A DNA stretch of 57,726 nucleotides from an uncultured Muribaculaceae bacterium (lineage in GTDB: Bacteria; Bacillota_I; Bacilli_A; RF39; UBA660): the NCBI GenBank assembly GCA_964416365.1, contig CAYQDO010000002.1, positions 1-57,726 on the forward strand, in the 5' to 3' direction. Positions within the stretch are counted from its first letter, which is position 1, and each line of letters begins with the position of its first letter. A program made the position numbers and the translations under genes. This document shows positions 24,371 through 34,593 of the stretch, one piece after another. The notes below the pieces were generated by a model, which was not told the origin of the DNA, ran no database searches, and was given only the letters and a program-made list of their open reading frames with translations.

Positions 24371-26502
24371 CTAATGACCTCCATAACGAAATCAAGAGCT
24401 TTTAATTCATCTAAAAATTCATTTAAATTATTATTATTTTTAACTTTTAAAATTATTTCGTAATCAATGGAAATATCAGTATTAAATTCTTTAATACTAT
24501 TAATAGAAACTCCTTTTAGGCTAGCTTTAGTAACTATTTCCAGTATATGATTTACTAAACTATTAGTTTTGACAACTATTCTGACATCAAATAAATTGGT
24601 ACTCTCTAAATTAGGGTTCCAAGCTACTTCAATTAACCTAGTTATCATATTACGAACATTGGAACAATCTTTTTTATGAACGGTTACTCCTTTGCCTTTG
24701 GTAATATAACCAATGATGGGCTCTCCAGGAACTGGATTACAGCAAGTTGCTAGGGTTACTAAAATATTATCAGTACCAGCAACTATAACATCATTTTTAT
24801 AGTTTTGTTTTAAAATTGGAGTTTTATTAACTCTAGAAAGCATAATATCTTGGACCGATTTTTTATCTTCATATATCAAATTAATGGTATATACAGCAGT
24901 ATATCTTAATGACCCAATACTTAAGAGTAAATCATCATAACTAGTAAGTTTAAGATCTTTTAAGATTTTATTAATATTTTCTTCACTTAATACTTCTCCT
25001 ATATTAAGCTTTTGTTTACGAATTTCTTTTTCCAGTAACTCTTTACCACGTTCAATATAACTTTCTCGATCTTTTTTACTGAAATATGACTTAATTTTAT
25101 TTTTAGCTTGAGTGGTTTTAACAAATTTTAACCACTGTTTACTAGGTTTAGCACTTTTATTGGTATTTATTTTGACTATATCGCCATCATTAAGTTCATA
25201 GTCTAGTGGAACGATAACATCGTTTATAATCGCACTAACGGTTAAATCACCAACATCAGAATGAATACGGTAAGCAAAATCAACTGGAGTACTACCTTTA
25301 GGCAGCTCCATAACATCGCCTTTTGGTGTGAAGACATAAATTTGTTCTTTTAAGAATTCTTCTTTCATATTACGCGCGAATATTTCATCACTTTGTTCTT
25401 CAATATTACTATCAATAATATTACGGAACATTTCTAGTTTTTGTTCCATAATAGCTTGGATTGGTCTACCCCGCTCTTTATAAGACCAGTGGGAAGCAAT
25501 ACCGTGCTCTGCTATTTCATCCATCTCTGGAGTTCTGATTTGGATTTCAAAAATATGACCATCTATCCCAAAAACTCCCGTATGCAGTGATTGGTACATA
25601 TTCTCTTTTGGCATAGCAATATAATCTTTAAATCTTTTAGGAATAGAACGATATTTTGAATGAATTAATCCCACAGCTAAATAACAATCGCTCTCGGTAG
25701 GAACGATTAATCTCATCGCTAAAATGTCATATATTTCTGACCATTTTTTTCCGGAAGAAAGTTTCTTATAAATACTATAGACACTTTTAACTCTAGCTTT
25801 AACTTCAAATTCAATACCATGCTCAATCATTATTTCGGAAATACTATTTTTCATTTCTTGAAGACTGTTTGCTAAATTTTCCCTAGTATCATCTAGTTTT
25901 TCTAAGATTTCTTCATATACAGCAGGTTTACCATATTTTAAGCATAAATCTTCTAACTCACTTTTGATACTGTTTATGCCTAAACGGTGAGCTATCGGTA
26001 TTAAAACTTCCATTGTTTCATTAACTTTTTGCTTACGTTTATCTTCTGGTAAAGCATCAGCTGTACGCATATTATGTAATCTGTCTGCTAATTTAATAAT
26101 TAAAACACGCACATCTTCACTAATACCAACTAATACCTTACGTAAATATATACTGGCTGATTCATTTTTGTCAGTTAGTTTTAATCTATTTAATTTAGAT
26201 AAGTTATCTATGATTATTTTAACAGGTTCTCCAAATTTAGTTTCAATAATATCCAAAGATATATTACACAATGAATTTGTTTCATGTAGTAAGGCCGCTA
26301 TGATGGTAAGTGCATCAACATTTAGATCAGCACATATTCCTGCCACTGATAAAGAGTGAACAATTTCTGGTTCACCATTTTTCCTTAATTGGCCGTCATG
26401 AGCTTTTTTAGCAAACTTATAAGCTTCACTGATGATTTCTAATTCTTGTTTAGATAGATCATTATCTTTGGCTTTTTGTAAAATATATTCAATAGTGTAC
26501 AT
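24367..26502 (-). CDS. rel: Long RelA/SpoT-homologue (p)ppGpp synthetase with an atypical hydrolase site
   Basis: Synthetase motifs are intact (SVYSIYKKL, DILAMRLIV, YQSLHT, EIQIRT), and TGS and ACT regions are present. The hydrolase segment reads LLHETNSL where LLHDVVED is expected. Confidence 0.9.
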   Translation of the reverse strand: MYTIEYILQKAKDNDLSKQELEIISEAYKFAKKAHDGQLRKNGEPEIVHSLSVAGICADLNVDALTIIAALLHETNSLCNISLDIIETKFGEPVKIIIDNLSKLNRLKLTDKNESASIYLRKVLVGISEDVRVLIIKLADRLHNMRTADALPEDKRKQKVNETMEVLIPIAHRLGINSIKSELEDLCLKYGKPAVYEEILEKLDDTRENLANSLQEMKNSISEIMIEHGIEFEVKARVKSVYSIYKKLSSGKKWSEIYDILAMRLIVPTESDCYLAVGLIHSKYRSIPKRFKDYIAMPKENMYQSLHTGVFGIDGHIFEIQIRTPEMDEIAEHGIASHWSYKERGRPIQAIMEQKLEMFRNIIDSNIEEQSDEIFARNMKEEFLKEQIYVFTPKGDVMELPKGSTPVDFAYRIHSDVGDLTVSAIINDVIVPLDYELNDGDIVKINTNKSAKPSKQWLKFVKTTQAKNKIKSYFSKKDRESYIERGKELLEKEIRKQKLNIGEVLSEENINKILKDLKLTSYDDLLLSIGSLRYTAVYTINLIYEDKKSVQDIMLSRVNKTPILKQNYKNDVIVAGTDNILVTLATCCNPVPGEPIIGYITKGKGVTVHKKDCSNVRNMITRLIEVAWNPNLESTNLFDVRIVVKTNSLVNHILEIVTKASLKGVSINSIKEFNTDISIDYEIILKVKNNNNLNEFLDELKALDFVMEVIR

Positions 26503-26513
26503 GGTAGCACTCC

Positions 26514-26813
26514 TTATAGTAAATTATCTCTTTTATCCCTTTTTAAATTATTATCATTATTTTTTTGATTTTGCATAATTTGAGCAATATATTCTTCTAA
26601 TATATGATTAGGGGTTGATAAAATATCTTCCACCATTTCTCCTAAAGTAAGTTCCCTAGAATTTTGCCAGTAGTTCTTTCTTAAAAAACGCCAAATATCT
26701 ACTTCATTAATATACTTGACATTATTTCTTTTTAATTCATTTACTTTAGTAGTCAAGGCCGGCAAGATTTTTTGATACAGTTCTTCTAAATTTTTAAACT
26801 CCAAATTATTCAT
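26514..26813 (-). CDS. comN: ComN-like post-transcriptional regulator (YrzD family)
   Basis: 99 aa. The pattern VDIWRFLRKNYW...LGEMVEDIL and its position divergent from a spoVB-like gene match Bacillus comN. Confidence 0.5.
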   Translation of the reverse strand: MNNLEFKNLEELYQKILPALTTKVNELKRNNVKYINEVDIWRFLRKNYWQNSRELTLGEMVEDILSTPNHILEEYIAQIMQNQKNNDNNLKRDKRDNLL

Positions 26814-26895
26814 ATAAAATCACCTTAAATTATTTTTAATCGTCCTTCATATATTTATTATATAACATAGTTAATTTTTTTAAAAGGAAGATTAC

Positions 26896-28179
26896 ATGAA
26901 AAATAAATTCATTCAAAGTACAATTATTTTAATGATTGGTGGTATTTTAACTAAATTACTAAGTTTTATAATTAAAATTTACTTTACAAGAATAATAGGA
27001 ACCGACGGTATAAATATTTATTCCATCATTATGCCTACCTATAGTTTATTAATAACCATTGCCCAGTTAGGTTTACCAATTGCGATATCTAATATTATTG
27101 CTAAAGGGGAAAAAACTGGTAAAAAAGTCATATTTTCTATTATTCCGGTTACTTTGGTTTTAAATTTAATTATTATTGCTGTTATTGTATTATCAGCCAA
27201 ATTTTTAAGTCATAATCTATTACATGAACCTAGAGCCGAATTACCATTAATTTGTTTATCTTTTATCTTACCTTTTATTTCTGTTTCCAGTATTATCAGA
27301 GGCTATTTTTTTGGTAAACAGAAAATGACCCCCCATACTTTATCTAATATTTTAGAACAAATTTTTAAATTCGTTATAGTTATAGCCATCTTACCTATTT
27401 TGTTAAAATATGGAACAATTGTAGCCGTTTGCGGGTATATTTTAATCAATATTATCTCCGAGATTATTTCGATTATTATCTTTTTACTTTTCTTACCAAA
27501 AAGATTTTCTATCCATAAGAAAGATATTAAACCTGATCCGGAAACTATTAAAGAACTTTTAGCAATTGGGCTTCCTAGTGTGGGAGGAAGAATTATCGGT
27601 AATATTGGTTTTTTCTTTGAACCGATAGTTTTAACTTGGATTATGATGTTAATGGGCTATTCTAGTGAATATGTTATTACGGAATACGCTGTCTATAATA
27701 CTTATGTTATTGGCCTTTTAATTGTACCAACTTTCTTTGTAACTGCCCTATCAATAGCACTACTTCCCGAAATTTCTAAATATACTTGTAATAAAATTAA
27801 AGCCAAAAGAATATTTAAGAAAGCAATTTCTTGGGCTTTTCTTTTAGGATTAGTTGCTAATGTTTTCTTTTATTTCTTTGCCGAATATATTTTACTGTTT
27901 ATCTTTGATACCAATGCTGGAGTTTCTTATATAAAAGTTTTAACTTTGTTTTTTACCTTATATTATATCGAAGGACCCATGATAAGTACACTTCAGGCTT
28001 TAGGTTATGCCAAACACTGTATGATGACCACAACTTTAGGAATAATCGTTAAACTTGTTATGATGGTAATCCTTAGTTTATTTAAAATAGGTATTTATTC
28101 ATTAATATTTTCAGAAGTAATATTTATAGCAGTTGTGGTTATATCTTCATATTTTAAAATTAGAAAGGTTCTAAATTAA
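26896..28179 (+). CDS. MOP-superfamily flippase (SpoVB/MurJ-like polysaccharide biosynthesis protein)
   Basis: 427-aa protein with 12 or more TM segments. The N-terminal TIILMIGGILTKLLSFIIKIYFTRIIG is typical of the family. Confidence 0.75.
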   Translation: MKNKFIQSTIILMIGGILTKLLSFIIKIYFTRIIGTDGINIYSIIMPTYSLLITIAQLGLPIAISNIIAKGEKTGKKVIFSIIPVTLVLNLIIIAVIVLSAKFLSHNLLHEPRAELPLICLSFILPFISVSSIIRGYFFGKQKMTPHTLSNILEQIFKFVIVIAILPILLKYGTIVAVCGYILINIISEIISIIIFLLFLPKRFSIHKKDIKPDPETIKELLAIGLPSVGGRIIGNIGFFFEPIVLTWIMMLMGYSSEYVITEYAVYNTYVIGLLIVPTFFVTALSIALLPEISKYTCNKIKAKRIFKKAISWAFLLGLVANVFFYFFAEYILLFIFDTNAGVSYIKVLTLFFTLYYIEGPMISTLQALGYAKHCMMTTTLGIIVKLVMMVILSLFKIGIYSLIFSEVIFIAVVVISSYFKIRKVLN

Positions 28180-28204
28180 AAAAACTGAAATATTTTCAGT
28201 TTTT
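28179..28204. terminator. Bidirectional terminator between the flippase gene and tig
   Basis: AAAAACTGAAA-tatt-TTCAGTTTTT. Confidence 0.75.
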
Positions 28205-29453
28205 AATTATTTTCTTTAAGAATTTCAATAGCTTTACGCATTTTTAAATCGTATGATACCATTTCTTTATTGCCAATCATTTTTTCAATTTCTTCTTCAG
28301 TTGTATCATACATTTTAGCCATCTTTTTAAGTTCTTCTTTTACTTCTTCATCTTTTACTTCAATGTTTTCTTTTTCAGCAATAGCTTCTAAAAGATATCT
28401 TACTTTAATACGATTAATAGCTTCCGGTTCCATCATCTTCTTTAATGAATCAATATTTGATTTAGTAAATTCTAAATATTGTTCTAAAGTTAAACCTTGC
28501 ATTTGTAATTGCTGACGATATTGATCTAAAATTCTGTTTACTTCAGAACTTATGATTTCTTCATTAATTTCAACTTCTAAAGTTTCAACAGCTTTCTTTA
28601 ATAATTCATCAATAAAATGATTTTCTGCATCATTTTCTTTATGCTCAAGTAAATGTTTACTGATTTCATTTTCTAATTCATTTTCAGTCTTAACATTTTC
28701 ATAACCTAAATCTTTATAAAAGTCTTCATTTAATTCAGGAAGGTTGCGTTTTTTGATACCTACTACTTTAACAGTAAATTCGACTTCTTTACCTTTTAAA
28801 TTATCAACATAATCTTCCGGAAATTTTAAATTTAATACTTTTTCTTCGCTGACTTTCATACCAATTATACCAGTTTCAAAACCTGGAATAAAAGTATTAG
28901 ATCCGATTTCTAAAGGATAGTTTTCTCCTTTTCCGCCTTCTAATTCTTTACCATCTACGATACCTATGAAATTAATTACTGCAGTCTTTCCTTCTTCAAT
29001 AGTTCCATCGTTGTCTTCAACGATATCAGCATATTTATCTCTTAATTGATTAATTTCTTGTTTTATTTCTTCAACTGTTACTTTAACATCTTCTTTTTTG
29101 ATACCTAATTTTTTGTATTTGCCTAATTTAATTTCTGGTTTTTCAATAACAGTGAATTTAAAAGTAACACAGTCATGACAAATATGATTAATATCTACAG
29201 TTGGTTCACAAACTGGATTTAAATTATTATCTATTAAAGCTTTTTGATAGGCCTCACTAACGCATGAATCAACAGCATCCATAAATAAAGACTCAAGACC
29301 AAATTTTTTAATATATACTTCTTTCGGTACTTGACCTTTTCTAAATCCATCCATTTTAAGATCTTTTTTCTTATTTTTAAAAGCATTATCTAAAGCTTTT
29401 TCCCATTCTTTTCCTTCAATTGATACTTCGATTTCTTTAACATTGTTTTTCAT
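28203..29453 (-). CDS. tig: Trigger factor
   Basis: 416 aa with the N-terminal ribosome-binding GFRKGQVP motif and a central FKBP-type PPIase domain. Confidence 0.95.
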   Translation of the reverse strand: MKNNVKEIEVSIEGKEWEKALDNAFKNKKKDLKMDGFRKGQVPKEVYIKKFGLESLFMDAVDSCVSEAYQKALIDNNLNPVCEPTVDINHICHDCVTFKFTVIEKPEIKLGKYKKLGIKKEDVKVTVEEIKQEINQLRDKYADIVEDNDGTIEEGKTAVINFIGIVDGKELEGGKGENYPLEIGSNTFIPGFETGIIGMKVSEEKVLNLKFPEDYVDNLKGKEVEFTVKVVGIKKRNLPELNEDFYKDLGYENVKTENELENEISKHLLEHKENDAENHFIDELLKKAVETLEVEINEEIISSEVNRILDQYRQQLQMQGLTLEQYLEFTKSNIDSLKKMMEPEAINRIKVRYLLEAIAEKENIEVKDEEVKEELKKMAKMYDTTEEEIEKMIGNKEMVSYDLKMRKAIEILKENN

Positions 29454-29563
29454 TCTTTTTTCTCCTTTATACGTTTCAATATTATACTTTATATCAACAT
29501 TTTATGCAAGCGTTATGCTTTTTAAATATAAATAAAAAAGTATTTTTTGTAAATACTAATAAC

Positions 29564-29812
29564 ATGAATGAATTAGTTAAATTTAAATTTTTAATTTCTT
29601 TTTTAGATAGTTTTCGCTTCGGAGCATTTACTGATGATTTTGCCGAGTATTATTTAGATAATATGCTTGCTCATGCGGAAGATACTCTCTTAGAATGTAT
29701 CATTACTTTAAAATTTAAAGGAATCACTCAAAATAGTGATGATATCGACGAATATCTTGAAATAGCTAAAAATTATTATAAAAAAGCTATTGCTAACAAT
29801 CCTACAATTTAG
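29564..29812 (+). CDS. Hypothetical 82-aa acidic protein (weak call)
   Basis: An ORF without a recognisable SD or family. I prefer the ATG at 29564 to 29504. Confidence 0.3.
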   Translation: MNELVKFKFLISFLDSFRFGAFTDDFAEYYLDNMLAHAEDTLLECIITLKFKGITQNSDDIDEYLEIAKNYYKKAIANNPTI

Positions 29813-29841
29813 TATCTTTTTTTAACTATATATCCATACTA
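29812..29841 (+). promoter_or_regulatory. Possible forespore (sigma-G-type) promoter upstream of ku
   Basis: GTATC (29812-29816), 18-nt spacer, CATACTA (29835-29841). It shares the 8-mer CCATACTA with the element at 5763-5770. Confidence 0.3.
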
Positions 29842-29855
29842 AAAATGGTGATATT

Positions 29856-30605
29856 ATGGCAAAGAAAGCTATTAGCTTTGGTCTGGTTCATATACCTATA
29901 GAGTTAAATCCAATTGTAATAAACAATGATACAGCTTTTAATCAACTACATAAAAAATGCGGTTCGAGGATTAAATATCAAAAAATTTGTTCTCATTGCA
30001 AAGAGGAAGTAAAGAGTAAAGACATTATGAAGGGTTATGAATACAGTGAAGATAGTTATGTAACCTTTGATGATAAAGACTTTAAAAATCTTAAGTTATC
30101 TAATGATACTCCCATTGAAATTATTTCCTTTATTGATATGAAGGAAGTTGATCCAATTTATTTTGAAAAAAGTTATCATTTGAAAACTGGTAAAACAAGT
30201 AGCAAGGCTTTTGAACTCTTTAAAACTGCCTTAAAAAAAGAAGGAAAAGTAGCTTTAGCTAAAACTGTTATTGGGACTAAATTTTATTATGTCATAATCA
30301 GATTTGAAAAAAACAATTTAATTCTAAATACATTATATTTTGATGAAGAAATCAATCTAGAAGATGACAAAACTATCGAAAAATTTAGTAAGGATGAGAT
30401 TGAACTAGCTGCTAAACTTATAAAAGCTATGGTTGGCAAATTTGAACCCCAAAAATATAAAGATGAATATCAAGATAAAATAAAAGATGCTATAGAACAA
30501 AAAATAAATGGTAAAGAGATTAAAATGGTTAAGGCTAAACCGCAAAAAAGCATTAATGATTTAATGAAAGCTTTAAAAATGAGTCTTAAGGAAGTAAAAA
30601 AATGA
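29856..30605 (+). CDS. ku: Ku protein (non-homologous end joining)
   Basis: N-terminal AISFGLVHIPIEL signature, 249 aa, basic C-terminal tail. Confidence 0.9.
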   Translation: MAKKAISFGLVHIPIELNPIVINNDTAFNQLHKKCGSRIKYQKICSHCKEEVKSKDIMKGYEYSEDSYVTFDDKDFKNLKLSNDTPIEIISFIDMKEVDPIYFEKSYHLKTGKTSSKAFELFKTALKKEGKVALAKTVIGTKFYYVIIRFEKNNLILNTLYFDEEINLEDDKTIEKFSKDEIELAAKLIKAMVGKFEPQKYKDEYQDKIKDAIEQKINGKEIKMVKAKPQKSINDLMKALKMSLKEVKK

Positions 30606-31483
30606 GTTTATTTAAGGATAATTTTATTCCAATGCTTTTAAGTAAACAAGAAGAACCTTTTAATGATTCTAATTATCTTTTTGAAATTAAATTAGATGGT
30701 ATTAGAGCTTTAATGTTTGGAAGTCCAAAAGAAATCATAATTCGTAATCGCAAGAAACAAGATATTACGAGAAGATATCCAGAATTATTAGAACTTAAGA
30801 ATATCATTAAGAAAGAAGTTATCTTTGATGGAGAAATAATCTTATTAGCCAGTGGCTTACCAAGTTTTGAAAAATTAAAGAAAAGAATATTGTTAGAAAA
30901 CAAGAACAAAATATTAAATTATTCCAAAGAGTTACCTATAGTATTTGTCGCCTTTGATATTTTATATGAAGATAAAGATTTAACTAATTTACCATTAATT
31001 GAACGTAAGAAAATACTAGAGAAATATCCTGATACAGACTATTTTATGAAAGCAGAATATATTTTAGAAAATGGTAAAGAACTATTTAAGTTTGCCAAAA
31101 AACACAACATAGAAGGTATCGTTGCTAAAAAAATTGATAGTCCATATCAAATGAATAAGAGATCTAAAGACTGGATTAAAATTAAGAATATTGATGATGA
31201 TGATTTTTTAATTTTAGGTTATGATGAAGCAAAAGATAATGCCATGGCTAGCCTTTTATTAGGTAAAATAATCAAAAATAAAATGACTTTAATTGGTACT
31301 GTAACAATCGGTAAAAAGAATCCGGATTATCAAATTATCCTAAATCATTCTAAAGATCAAAATCCTATAATAACCAAAGAAGGATATATACCAATAATAC
31401 CTACTTTAGAATGTATTATAGAATTTATTGAAAAAACCCAGCATGGCAGGCTTAGACATCCTAAATTTAAAAGTTTAAAATAA
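30602..31483 (+). CDS. ligD: ATP-dependent DNA ligase, LigD ligase domain only
   Basis: Adenylation motif I FEIKLDGIRAL, EGIVAK, and KIK near the OB fold. 293 aa with no polymerase or phosphoesterase domain. ATGA overlap with ku. Confidence 0.88.
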   Translation: MSLFKDNFIPMLLSKQEEPFNDSNYLFEIKLDGIRALMFGSPKEIIIRNRKKQDITRRYPELLELKNIIKKEVIFDGEIILLASGLPSFEKLKKRILLENKNKILNYSKELPIVFVAFDILYEDKDLTNLPLIERKKILEKYPDTDYFMKAEYILENGKELFKFAKKHNIEGIVAKKIDSPYQMNKRSKDWIKIKNIDDDDFLILGYDEAKDNAMASLLLGKIIKNKMTLIGTVTIGKKNPDYQIILNHSKDQNPIITKEGYIPIIPTLECIIEFIEKTQHGRLRHPKFKSLK

Positions 31484-31490
31484 AAAAACG

Positions 31491-31958
31491 TTAATTAATT
31501 TTAACGATTTTTATTTCATAATTTCCATTAGGTGATTCAACACTTATGATGTCTCCTACTTTTTTATTTATAATAGCTTTTCCAATTGGTGATTCATTTG
31601 AGATTTTATTTTCAAACGGATCAGCTTCCATTGAACCCACTATTTGATATTCTTCTTGTTCTCCATCTTCTACATATTCAATAACAACAGTTGAACCAAG
31701 ATTAACAACATCACTATTTACTTTAGAAATGATTTTAGCATTTGCTAACATATATTCTAATTCAGCAATACGGCTTTCTACTTCGGCTTGTTCATTACGA
31801 GCAGCATCATAGTCAGCGTTTTCTGATAAGTCACCTTGAGCTCTAGCATCCTTGATAGCTTCTATTATTGCGGGTCTTCTTTCGGTTTTCAGGAAGTTTA
31901 ACTCTGTTTCAAGTTCTAGAAACCCTTCGGTTGTTAAAAGAATTTCCTTTTTTTGCAT
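31491..31958 (-). CDS. greA: Transcription elongation factor GreA
   Basis: 155 aa with GDLSENADYDAAR in the coiled-coil tip. Confidence 0.95.
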   Translation of the reverse strand: MQKKEILLTTEGFLELETELNFLKTERRPAIIEAIKDARAQGDLSENADYDAARNEQAEVESRIAELEYMLANAKIISKVNSDVVNLGSTVVIEYVEDGEQEEYQIVGSMEADPFENKISNESPIGKAIINKKVGDIISVESPNGNYEIKIVKIN

Positions 31959-32014
31959 AACTTCTCGTCCCTTCTTGTTTTAAAATAATCTAAATAAGGA
32001 TACTACAAATAGAG

Positions 32015-33208
32015 TTAAAAGTCAAATATTTTAATACGCAGCATATCTCCTGGGCTGGCAGGCAGATTTGCTTTAATTTTTACGATCATTTGGGGGTGAT
32101 TAGCAATATCAATTTCTGTAAAATTTTCATCGTATAAATTATCTATTTTATAATTTAAACTTTCTATTTTAGGACCAAAAAATTGCACTTCATCGCCTAT
32201 TTTAAAATAATTTCTTTGTTCGATAGTAATAATGTTATCCTTGTTTTCCAAAACTATACCTAGAAAATCTTGATTGGATACTTCTTCACGACTACCTAAA
32301 TAATATTGTTCGTTATCATCCGGGAACTTATTAAAAAACTGTGGAGCATTTTCCCTATTGGCACATCTATTTAATATATTACGTATAAAATTAATATATG
32401 CTATGTCTAATGAATTGTTGCTTAATTTTTCAAATAAAAGGTGATAACAATGTAATACGGTCGCAATATAATAAATACTTCTCATTCGCCCTTCAATTTT
32501 AAATGAATAGATTCCAGCTTCAATCATTTCTTTAAAATAATCAATCATGCTTAAATCTTTACAAGCAATCCAGAAGTTATCAGAGATTAAATGATTATTA
32601 TCGTCATAAAAATCAAACTTCCAACGACAGATTTGCGCGCATCCTCCTCTATTGGAATCACGATTAGTTAAATAATTAGATAGTACACATCTGCCACTAA
32701 AACCGGTACACATAGCGCCATGAATAAAGGATTCCAAATCCAAACCGGTACGTTTTTTTATGGCAATAATGTCTTCCTTCATAGCTTCTCTAGCTAAAAC
32801 AATTCTTTTAACTCCTAATTCTTTATAAAACATAGCAGCTTCTTCATTTAATACAGAAGCTTGAGTTGATATATAACGTTCTAGTTTTAAATTTAGTTCA
32901 TTACATAGGTCTAAAACTGCTATATCACTTACCATGATGCCATCGACATCTATTTCATCTAAATACAATAAATATTCTTTTAAACCATTAAAATCTTCAT
33001 CATGAAAAATAATATTTACCACTACATAAACTTTTTTATTTAAATTATGAGCAAGTTTCACAGCTTCCTTTATTTCTTCTAAGGAAAAATTCTTAGCATT
33101 AGCTCTTAAACTATAATTTTGACTACCAAAATAGATGGCATCTGCTCCATAATGAAGAGCAACTTTTAATTTTTCAATATCTCCGGCAGGAGCTAATAAT
33201 TCAATCAT
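32015..33208 (-). CDS. yrrO: Peptidase-U32-family protein (YrrO/TrhP-type tRNA ho5U factor)
   Basis: U32 signature region (EAFIHGAMC-like ESFIHGAMCTGFSGRC) and a conserved position next to yrrN-yrrM-mltG. Confidence 0.8.
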   Translation of the reverse strand: MIELLAPAGDIEKLKVALHYGADAIYFGSQNYSLRANAKNFSLEEIKEAVKLAHNLNKKVYVVVNIIFHDEDFNGLKEYLLYLDEIDVDGIMVSDIAVLDLCNELNLKLERYISTQASVLNEEAAMFYKELGVKRIVLAREAMKEDIIAIKKRTGLDLESFIHGAMCTGFSGRCVLSNYLTNRDSNRGGCAQICRWKFDFYDDNNHLISDNFWIACKDLSMIDYFKEMIEAGIYSFKIEGRMRSIYYIATVLHCYHLLFEKLSNNSLDIAYINFIRNILNRCANRENAPQFFNKFPDDNEQYYLGSREEVSNQDFLGIVLENKDNIITIEQRNYFKIGDEVQFFGPKIESLNYKIDNLYDENFTEIDIANHPQMIVKIKANLPASPGDMLRIKIFDF

Positions 33209-33209
33209 A

Positions 33210-33995
33210 TTAATCCTCCAGTTTATAGATAGTTTTTTGATTTAAGAATCTTTCTTCACTATCTGTCGGTTCATTATTTATAATTTTTTGATATTCATCT
33301 ATATTTGAATTCGTTAAATCAAAATAATAAAACCATATTTTTTGGTCATCTAATTCTTTAATTGCTGGATAATAGTTAAAAGGTTTTTGATAAACTAAAA
33401 CAGTTCCATTTTCGGTTTCCCAAGCTTTGAACTCATTTTGCTGATTAATCTTTAAATAGCCTTTATTTACAATTTTATAGCCATGATAACGGTTAAAATT
33501 AGATAATAGGTATCTACGGGAATACATAGCTATATTGTGCCCAAAAACCGGTAAAACGAGTGATTTAGAAGATTTAGCTAATATATATTTGATTTCCTCT
33601 TTAGTTAATTCATTAGCAAGGCATGCTGAAGTAACTCTTCGTAGCCAAGAATTAATGCTTACGGAATTAATAACAAAATGATTTTGATTCCATATTAAAG
33701 GAATATTGCGTTCTTTTAAAACATAATATATGCCTAAATCTTCAAAAAAAATGCCTTTAATAAAGTTTAATTCAGGAATAATATCTTTAAATTCATGTAT
33801 TTTTTTAGTATCCATAATTAAGTTAATATTTAAATAAACATTTATATCTAAATCTTTAAGTTCATCTAAAGTAAATTCCGGGTAACCAATACTAAAGTCC
33901 TTAAGCGCAAAAAGAAAATTAGTTATCCCAATTTTCTTGTATTTTTTAATCTCATCAATGTTTTTAATACTAATTAATATTTTATTATTTTTCAT
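33210..33995 (-). CDS. yrrN: Peptidase-U32-family protein (YrrN-type)
   Basis: 261-aa TIM-barrel-like U32 paralogue. Its position between yrrM and yrrO matches Bacillus. Confidence 0.65.
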   Translation of the reverse strand: MKNNKILISIKNIDEIKKYKKIGITNFLFALKDFSIGYPEFTLDELKDLDINVYLNINLIMDTKKIHEFKDIIPELNFIKGIFFEDLGIYYVLKERNIPLIWNQNHFVINSVSINSWLRRVTSACLANELTKEEIKYILAKSSKSLVLPVFGHNIAMYSRRYLLSNFNRYHGYKIVNKGYLKINQQNEFKAWETENGTVLVYQKPFNYYPAIKELDDQKIWFYYFDLTNSNIDEYQKIINNEPTDSEERFLNQKTIYKLED

Positions 33996-34581
33996 TATTT
34001 TTTCGTATGCTTACTGATAAGCCGTCTCCTATATCGTAAAATTTCGTAATAAAATCCCCATTATTATTTAAAAATTCAATATAGCGCTCAATACGGTCGA
34101 CTATTCCTCTTAGACTTTTGGTTTTAATCGAAGCTTTATTATTAACTAAACCATGAAATTTAAGATTATCAGTTATAATAACGCCTCCGGGATTTAAATA
34201 ATGACAAAATTTTTCAAAAAATTTAATATAACTTCCTTTAGCAGCATCAATAAATATTAAATCATATTTATATCCAGCTAAATTTACTTCTAAAGCATCA
34301 TTATAGACAACTTCAATTCTTTTATCCAAATTACATTTTTTGATATTTTTAACAGCTTCACGATATCTTTTTTCATCTCTTTCGATGGTTGTTATTTCAA
34401 CATCTGGAGAAGCATTAGCCATTAAAATGGCTGAGTATCCAATTGCGGTACCAATTTCCAAAACTTTTTTGACATTATTCAGTTTAATATATTTCATAAT
34501 GAATTTAATTGATTCAACGTCGATGATTGGAACATTATTTGTATCCGCATAACGCTCCATTTCCATAATGACTTCTTTCAT
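33985..34581 (-). CDS. trmR: SAM-dependent O-methyltransferase (YrrM/TrmR-type)
   Basis: Class I methyltransferase motif VLEIGTAIGYSA and FIDAAK. Synteny with mltG and the U32 genes. Confidence 0.75.
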   Translation of the reverse strand: MKEVIMEMERYADTNNVPIIDVESIKFIMKYIKLNNVKKVLEIGTAIGYSAILMANASPDVEITTIERDEKRYREAVKNIKKCNLDKRIEVVYNDALEVNLAGYKYDLIFIDAAKGSYIKFFEKFCHYLNPGGVIITDNLKFHGLVNNKASIKTKSLRGIVDRIERYIEFLNNNGDFITKFYDIGDGLSVSIRKNNEK

Positions 34582-34593
34582 TTGTTTTTCCTC

